From the NCBI GenBank assembly GCA_022791775.1, contig JAAVZT010000033.1, positions 8,356-72,355 on the forward strand: 64,000 nucleotides of DNA, given 5' to 3'. The first letter of the stretch is position 1; the number at the start of each line of letters is the position of its first letter. This stretch comes from Bacilli bacterium (GTDB taxonomy: Bacteria > Bacillota_I > Bacilli_A > RF39 > UBA660). Both the position numbers and the translations under genes were made by a program. Shown piece by piece: positions 58,806 to 64,000 of this stretch. Below the pieces are notes generated by a model. The model did not search any database and was not told the DNA's origin. It saw nothing but the letters and a program-made list of their open reading frames with translations.

Positions 58806-60320
58806 ATGATTCAAAAAGAATTAAAAAATTACGTAGAAGACAAAATAATTCCCCTTTATCAAAAAAAAGATTGGGCTCATCAAAGCTGGCATTTATTTAA
58901 AGTAATTCAAAAAAGTTTAGAACAAGGAAAAGCACAAGAAATTAACCCCAATGTAATTTACCTAATTAGTGCATTTCATGATATTTATAATACGAAAGAA
59001 CAAGTCGATAAGGAAATCAATCAAAATACATTTCTTAAAAATTATTTTACCAAAGAAGAACAACAAATTATTGCTACCACCATTCAAAATCAGAAAAAAG
59101 AACCTAAAACCATTTATGAAAAAATATTAAAAAATGCTCATATTCCTTCTAATTTTAAAGAATTTTTTCGCTCTTTTTTAAATACAACATTAGAAGAAAA
59201 ACCTGATATATCAGAAAAAGAATTACTTTTAAAGTGTTTAGAAAAATTCGAAAAATGGACCCCATCTAGTCTAATACTTCAAGAAGAAAAAGAATATTAT
59301 GCAACAAATAGTGAACAATTCATAAAAATGATACGCAAAATTACTCGTCAAATAAAAAAAGAACAAAACTTATCTCAAGAAAAATATCCAATTCAAAAAT
59401 CCTATTATTCCTATGATGAATACTTAAAAAAGAAATATCATGAAAAAGTATTTAAAGTAAGTTTAAATGCTAATTTATCTTGCCCCAATTATGAACATGG
59501 ACATGGGTGCATCTTTTGTAGTCATAAAAAAAGCGGAGACTTTGCAGGAAATCCAAAAGAAGATTTAATGACACAATTTAACACCATAAAACAAAAATTA
59601 GAAAAAAAATGGCCAACAGGAAAATACATCGCTTATTTTCAAGCTGGCACAAATACCTATGCCCCATTAAGCGTTTTAAAAGAAAAATACGAAACCGTCT
59701 TAAATATCCCAAATGTCGTCGGACTTGCCATCGCCACACGAAGTGATGCTATAAATGAAGATGTTTTAACTTATTTAGAAGAATTAAATCAAAAAACAGA
59801 CCTAACAATCGAATTAGGTCTACAATCCATTCATTCAAAAACGCTAACTTGGATTCACCGAGGACACACCTTAGAAAACTTTGATCAAATGGTTCAAGAA
59901 TTAAAAAAAAGAAACATTAAAGTTGTAGTACATATTATAAATGGCCTTCCTACAGAAACAAAAGAAGATATGTTAAAAACAGTAAAACACCTCAATCAGT
60001 TACAAATTGATGGCATCAAAATACATATGCTTCATGTCCTAAAAAACTCACCTTTAGGTAGCATTTATGAAAAACAGCCGTTTCATCTTTTAACAAAAGA
60101 AGAATATATTGATATTGTTTGTGATCAATTAGAACTTTTAAATTCTAATATAGTAATTCATCGAATTACAGGTGATCCTGATCCCAAAGAATTAATAGCA
60201 CCATCCTGGCTTTTAAAAAAATTCGTTGTTCTTAACGATTTAGAAAAAGAATTACAGAAAAGAAATTCATATCAAGGAAAATTAACGAGTAATAATACGC
60301 GTAATAGAAAATCCTTTTAA
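58806..60320 (+). CDS. radical SAM protein of the TIGR01212 (YtqA-like) type with about 200-aa N-terminal extension
   Basis: CPNYEHGHGCIFC cluster and a following TIM-barrel-like region. The N-terminal K/E-rich extension is unassigned. Confidence 0.7.
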   Translation: MIQKELKNYVEDKIIPLYQKKDWAHQSWHLFKVIQKSLEQGKAQEINPNVIYLISAFHDIYNTKEQVDKEINQNTFLKNYFTKEEQQIIATTIQNQKKEPKTIYEKILKNAHIPSNFKEFFRSFLNTTLEEKPDISEKELLLKCLEKFEKWTPSSLILQEEKEYYATNSEQFIKMIRKITRQIKKEQNLSQEKYPIQKSYYSYDEYLKKKYHEKVFKVSLNANLSCPNYEHGHGCIFCSHKKSGDFAGNPKEDLMTQFNTIKQKLEKKWPTGKYIAYFQAGTNTYAPLSVLKEKYETVLNIPNVVGLAIATRSDAINEDVLTYLEELNQKTDLTIELGLQSIHSKTLTWIHRGHTLENFDQMVQELKKRNIKVVVHIINGLPTETKEDMLKTVKHLNQLQIDGIKIHMLHVLKNSPLGSIYEKQPFHLLTKEEYIDIVCDQLELLNSNIVIHRITGDPDPKELIAPSWLLKKFVVLNDLEKELQKRNSYQGKLTSNNTRNRKSF

Positions 60321-60629
60321 CTGACTTGCAATTGCTTCTTCTTCGCCTTTTTCCATTCTAATTTTTTGAAACATCTTTTCTTCAATCCCGTTTAAAGAAC
60401 GTTCTAAATCATAAACATCAACCCGAAAACAGCTCTCTTCATGACAAAGCTTTACCACATCTAAAAAATATTCCTGTTTTTTTAAATACTCACCAATTTG
60501 TTTAATATTAAAAGAACCATTATATGTCTTATCTACTTCATCACTTACCACAAATTGGGGATTTATTATCATAAAGCCCAAAAGAAAGATAAGAAAAAAG
60601 TTACGCATTTTATTCATACCTATCACCAT
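60282..60629 (-). CDS. small secreted protein
   Basis: Signal peptide MRNFFLIFLLGFMIINPQF. Convergent 39-nt overlap with the preceding gene. Confidence 0.4.
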   Translation of the reverse strand: MVIGMNKMRNFFLIFLLGFMIINPQFVVSDEVDKTYNGSFNIKQIGEYLKKQEYFLDVVKLCHEESCFRVDVYDLERSLNGIEEKMFQKIRMEKGEEEAIASQLKGFSITRIITR

Positions 60630-60677
60630 TGATAGTATTTCCTAAAACGTAACTCATAAAACGGTAAGTATTACCAA

Positions 60678-60923
60678 TTATTCTCGAAAATTTTCTTGAA
60701 AAATTGGCATTAATGTATCATGCAAAGCTTCATCAATTTCTTCTAATTCATATTCCGAATCGGAAATCACAACTTTTTTTAAAATCGTATATTCTTCCGT
60801 TGGATTCTCTTCTTCATCTAACAAGACCAATAACATATATACTTCATCCTGATACGTAATTTCTTCTAAATTGACATAAGACATATTATCATCTAACGTT
60901 AAAATTTCATAATTCTTTTCCAT
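60678..60923 (-). CDS. small acidic DUF1292-like protein
   Basis: 81 aa, acidic, with the alternating hydrophobic and acidic pattern typical of this Firmicute family. Confidence 0.45.
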   Translation of the reverse strand: MEKNYEILTLDDNMSYVNLEEITYQDEVYMLLVLLDEEENPTEEYTILKKVVISDSEYELEEIDEALHDTLMPIFQENFRE

Positions 60924-60967
60924 TCTATCACCTTTTTATTTATAACATGAATTAAAAAAAAACGCAA

Positions 60968-61858
60968 TCACGCTTTCCTTCTACGGATGATATCATCAGG
61001 TTTTAAATTTCCAATTAATAAAGAAGACATTGAATCATGTTGTTTATGGAATGCTTCAATCTTCCGTTCTTCAAAATTAGCATAACAATATTTACATAAA
61101 TGTTTACAAGTATTATACACACCAATATCAACCATTTCTACACATTGACAATTTTCTCGCCCTCGTGCTTTCCATCTTCGAAATTTTGTTTTCCCTGTCA
61201 ATCGTTGAGCCAATTCTTGATCTACACAATCTTTTATTAAAAATCCATATTTTCCAAAACGTTCTTCCTCAGCACAAGTTTGAATTGTCATATTATATTT
61301 TTTAGCTATTGCGATAAAACGTACAGCAAATTCTTGAAGTTCTTCTTTACTTGGTTCGTGAAACTGAAGCTCTGCTGCATGAATTTGAACATTCCGATAA
61401 AGATCTAAAAAAGAAACAATAAAATGCTTGACAGAGCCACTCAAAAGTCGACACATTTTTTCAAATGCTTTACAGTGATAATCCAAATCATATTTGACAC
61501 TAAAAAAAATGGGATCATAGCGAATATAAATATTTTCTACTCCAATATGATAACTTATCTCTTTAATTGCTTCGATAATTTTGTCTTTATGATATACATG
61601 AACTTCTATATCATTTTGATAGGGTGTTAGTGTGACCTGTAATACAAAAGGGTGTGTAATTTTGGAATACATAGATAAAAAAGGAAGGGGATTTTTGATA
61701 CAAAAAAGAATTGCATCTACATCTTGAAAGAAAATACGACTAATCATTTTCGGATAAAATGGATTTCGAACGTCGACATAACCTTCCTGATATCGATTCA
61801 TAAACCATTGACTGTAAAAAGCTATAATATCAGTTCGCCCACTAACATTTAAAATCAT
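60968..61858 (-). CDS. DUF1848-like protein with C-terminal Cys cluster
   Basis: N-terminal GRTDIIAFYSQWFMNRYQEGYV resembles the DUF1848 signature. C-terminal CQCVEMVDIGVYNTCKHLCKYC. Confidence 0.5.
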   Translation of the reverse strand: MILNVSGRTDIIAFYSQWFMNRYQEGYVDVRNPFYPKMISRIFFQDVDAILFCIKNPLPFLSMYSKITHPFVLQVTLTPYQNDIEVHVYHKDKIIEAIKEISYHIGVENIYIRYDPIFFSVKYDLDYHCKAFEKMCRLLSGSVKHFIVSFLDLYRNVQIHAAELQFHEPSKEELQEFAVRFIAIAKKYNMTIQTCAEEERFGKYGFLIKDCVDQELAQRLTGKTKFRRWKARGRENCQCVEMVDIGVYNTCKHLCKYCYANFEERKIEAFHKQHDSMSSLLIGNLKPDDIIRRRKA

Positions 61859-61901
61859 AAAAACCTCACCAACTTATTATTCATAACTTCAAATAAAAAA
61901 G

Positions 61902-62639
61902 CTAACTGCGTGCTGCTCCATCTACCGATAAAATCTCACCCGTAACATAACTTGCTAAATCGCTTGCTAAAAACAAAAAAGCATTTGCAATATCTTGCGT
62001 TTCTCCAATTCTTCCTAAAGGAATAGTTTGAATGAGTGGTTCTATCATTTCTTTTGGCAAAGCCTGAACCATATCCGTATTCGTTATTCCAGGTGCAACC
62101 GCATTTACACGTATCTGAAAAGGAGCCAATTCTCTAGCCAAAGATTTTGTAAGTCCATTCACAGCAAACTTACTCGTTGGATAGCCAGCACCAGAGGGCT
62201 GACCATAAATACTTACCATCGAGCTAGTATTTAATATAACACCGCTATGCTGTTCTTTCATAAAAGGTACAACAGCTTTAATCATGTAAAATATAGCATT
62301 AACATTTAAATCCATAATTCGGTCAAAATCTTCACTACTCGTTTCTTCTATTTTTTGATTAGCAGACATTCCTGCATTATTCACTAAAATATCAATCCGC
62401 CCATATTTCTCCTTTATCTTAGAAATCGTTTCAGAAATCTCTTTATAATCTTTCAAATTAGGCCAATATCCATCCACTTGCATACCCTCTGTTTGTAAAA
62501 GTTGGATAGCCTTTTTTACACTTTCCTCACTAGCTCCAAATAAAACAACCTTTGCATGATTTTGATAAAAAGTTCTTACGATTTGCAAGCCGATTCCTCT
62601 AGTCCCACCAGTCACAATAGCTATCTTATTTTTTAACAT
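61902..62639 (-). CDS. SDR-family oxidoreductase (3-oxoacyl-ACP reductase-like)
   Basis: TGGTRGIG glycine motif, NNAG motif and YPTSK (YxxxK) catalytic motif. Confidence 0.8.
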   Translation of the reverse strand: MLKNKIAIVTGGTRGIGLQIVRTFYQNHAKVVLFGASEESVKKAIQLLQTEGMQVDGYWPNLKDYKEISETISKIKEKYGRIDILVNNAGMSANQKIEETSSEDFDRIMDLNVNAIFYMIKAVVPFMKEQHSGVILNTSSMVSIYGQPSGAGYPTSKFAVNGLTKSLARELAPFQIRVNAVAPGITNTDMVQALPKEMIEPLIQTIPLGRIGETQDIANAFLFLASDLASYVTGEILSVDGAARS

Positions 62640-63270
62640 TTTTACGGCTTCCCTTCTTTTTAAAATATTTTTTTCCTACTCCACATGCGGGACATTGAAA
62701 ATCATCAGGCAATTTCTCTCCATAATAAACATACCCGCAAACAGTACATACCCAAGCCGTCTTTCCTAGACTTGTCTTTATGGGAATCAATTCACTCTTA
62801 TGTGCCTGATAATATTGATAACTCATGGCTTCCTCTTCTTTCAATATATCAGCTTCCATCACTCTTCCTAAAAACAAAGTATGAGTTTCATTTTCTAAGG
62901 AATCTACAAATTCACAAATAATATATCCAAGAGAATTTGTTATGATAGGCACATCCCCCATAAGTTCAATAGAAACTTCATCAAATTTATTTATGTCTCG
63001 CATAGAATGGAATCCAAATACTTCAATCACTTTAGGATCTACATTTTTCCCTAATATAGAAAGAGCAAACTTTCCTTCTTTTTGCATGAGATGATTCGTA
63101 TTATTTTCTTTCATTACTGCAATAGAAATTAAAGGAAATTCAGACGAACTAACTTGAGAGACAGCATCTACAATACATCCACCCTCACTCGTTGTGAGCA
63201 CATACATTCCTTGTGTAATATTATGTAATATTTTTCTATTTTTCATCTTATCGCCTCTTTTAATTTTCAT
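62626..63270 (-). CDS. flavin reductase-like domain fused to C-terminal rubredoxin
   Basis: Flavin-reductase-like N-terminal domain. C-terminal CTVCGYVY...CPACG rubredoxin-type double CxxC. Confidence 0.7.
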   Translation of the reverse strand: MKIKRGDKMKNRKILHNITQGMYVLTTSEGGCIVDAVSQVSSSEFPLISIAVMKENNTNHLMQKEGKFALSILGKNVDPKVIEVFGFHSMRDINKFDEVSIELMGDVPIITNSLGYIICEFVDSLENETHTLFLGRVMEADILKEEEAMSYQYYQAHKSELIPIKTSLGKTAWVCTVCGYVYYGEKLPDDFQCPACGVGKKYFKKKGSRKNVKK

Positions 63271-63332
63271 TATATCATTTTTTTAAAACAGACTCCAAAT
63301 AAAAAAACTATCTTTTAAAGTACCTTTTCTTT

Positions 63333-63776
63333 TTAAAAAATAGTTCTATTTCGTTTATTTCCAAAAGATTCTAAAGCCTCCCAAAGCATAATTCTAGATG
63401 TTTCATTTTTTTCTAAAAAAGAGTCATTTAATTTTAATTGACCAGCATTTAAAACTAAGCCAAGGACACCTAAAGCATTTGGCAATTCAGAAGCTAACAC
63501 AATTTCTAATGGTAAAGAACCGATACACATTTGTTGCACCGCCTCAAACTCAATATCTGAACGAAAAGTAAAATAAGTTTTTCCAGCTTCATCTTTTAAA
63601 ACACTATAAAATGGTTCTTCAAATATTTCGAAAGTACTTGACATATTACAACCAGCTATTTTCAAATTATATTGAATCACATTAAAAAAAGACTGTACTT
63701 GTTCTGAACTAATAAAATTCACTCCAACGCGCTTTAAATAATACAAAGACAAATAAATTGCATCATCAAAATTCAT
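63333..63776 (-). CDS. hypothetical protein (147 aa)
   Basis: ORF with no recognisable motif. Confidence 0.4.
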   Translation of the reverse strand: MNFDDAIYLSLYYLKRVGVNFISSEQVQSFFNVIQYNLKIAGCNMSSTFEIFEEPFYSVLKDEAGKTYFTFRSDIEFEAVQQMCIGSLPLEIVLASELPNALGVLGLVLNAGQLKLNDSFLEKNETSRIMLWEALESFGNKRNRTIF

Positions 63777-63860
63777 AATAAAACCTCCTAAAAATAGTTT
63801 AACATACGAAATCGACTTATTCTATACTTTTTAAAGAACCATTCATATCAATATGTCTAA

Positions 63861-64000
63861 TTTTATGAATTAAAAGTAATAGTGCCAAAAAGACAAAAAA
63901 ACATACAACAAAGATTGTCAATAAATAATAATACCAATTTACATCTTGAATCGTTCCAAATTCTAAAAAGTGAAAAATAAAGTTTAAGAAATAATAGCCA
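63861..64000 (-). CDS. C-terminal end of a membrane protein whose gene continues beyond the right edge
   Basis: The minus-strand frame from the window edge reads ...WLLFLKLYFSLFRIWNDSRCKLVLLFIDNLCCMFFCLFGTITFNS, then a stop at 63861. Confidence 0.3.

Noticed and set aside
60282-60320. 39-nt convergent overlap between the radical SAM gene and the small secreted protein gene, as a possible frameshift or error
   Set aside because: Both ORFs have plausible ends and the downstream protein has a clean signal peptide. A short convergent overlap is tolerable and cannot be resolved without reads.

Overview
The window is AT-rich (roughly 30% GC), uses the standard genetic code and is densely coded, with most genes on the minus strand. 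It comes from a low-GC, endospore-forming Firmicute (Bacilli/Erysipelotrichia-like). The sporulation genes behind that call are a dacB-spmA pair, a CotY/CotZ-like cysteine-rich coat protein, a Cse60-like protein, a SleB-like hydrolase, a SEDS (FtsW/RodA/SpoVE) protein and a SpoVB/MurJ-like flippase. Housekeeping genes include uppP, rmuC, tyrS and leuS (each behind a T-box leader), eno, trmB, two tandem sigma-70 paralogs, a GH31 glycosidase and an M29 aminopeptidase. I found no rRNA, tRNA, CRISPR array or transposase.

The main feature is a co-directional cluster of about 29 kb on the minus strand (4669..33408), transcribed from a strong sigma-A-type promoter at 33438..33466. It has three parts. 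The first is a Gram-positive-type type IV secretion core: a VirD4 coupling protein, a VirB4 ATPase split into two translationally coupled ORFs, a VirB6-like polytopic protein, a VirB3-like small membrane protein, a lipoprotein, and a bifunctional SpoIID/LytB plus NlpC/P60 cell-wall hydrolase. The second is an array of six paralogs that share a C-terminal VirB2/TrbC-topology two-helix hairpin ending in a Cys motif, four of them fused to N-terminal ectodomains of about 70, 100, 300 and 350 aa. The third is a Tad/Flp-like pilus module: a VirB11/TadA-family ATPase, two single-domain TadB/TadC-like platform proteins, two Flp-sized pilin-like proteins, three TadE/pseudopilin-like proteins with a shared M[KR][EQ]A.G leader, a CpaB-like SAF protein and a TadZ/CpaE-like degenerate ParA-fold protein. 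A 1338-aa secreted protein with about fifty cysteines sits with the Tad-like module.

The cluster has no relaxase, integrase or replication gene and no flanking repeats, and its composition matches its flanks. It therefore looks like a chromosomal hybrid T4SS/Tad-pilus machine of unknown function rather than a conventional conjugative element.
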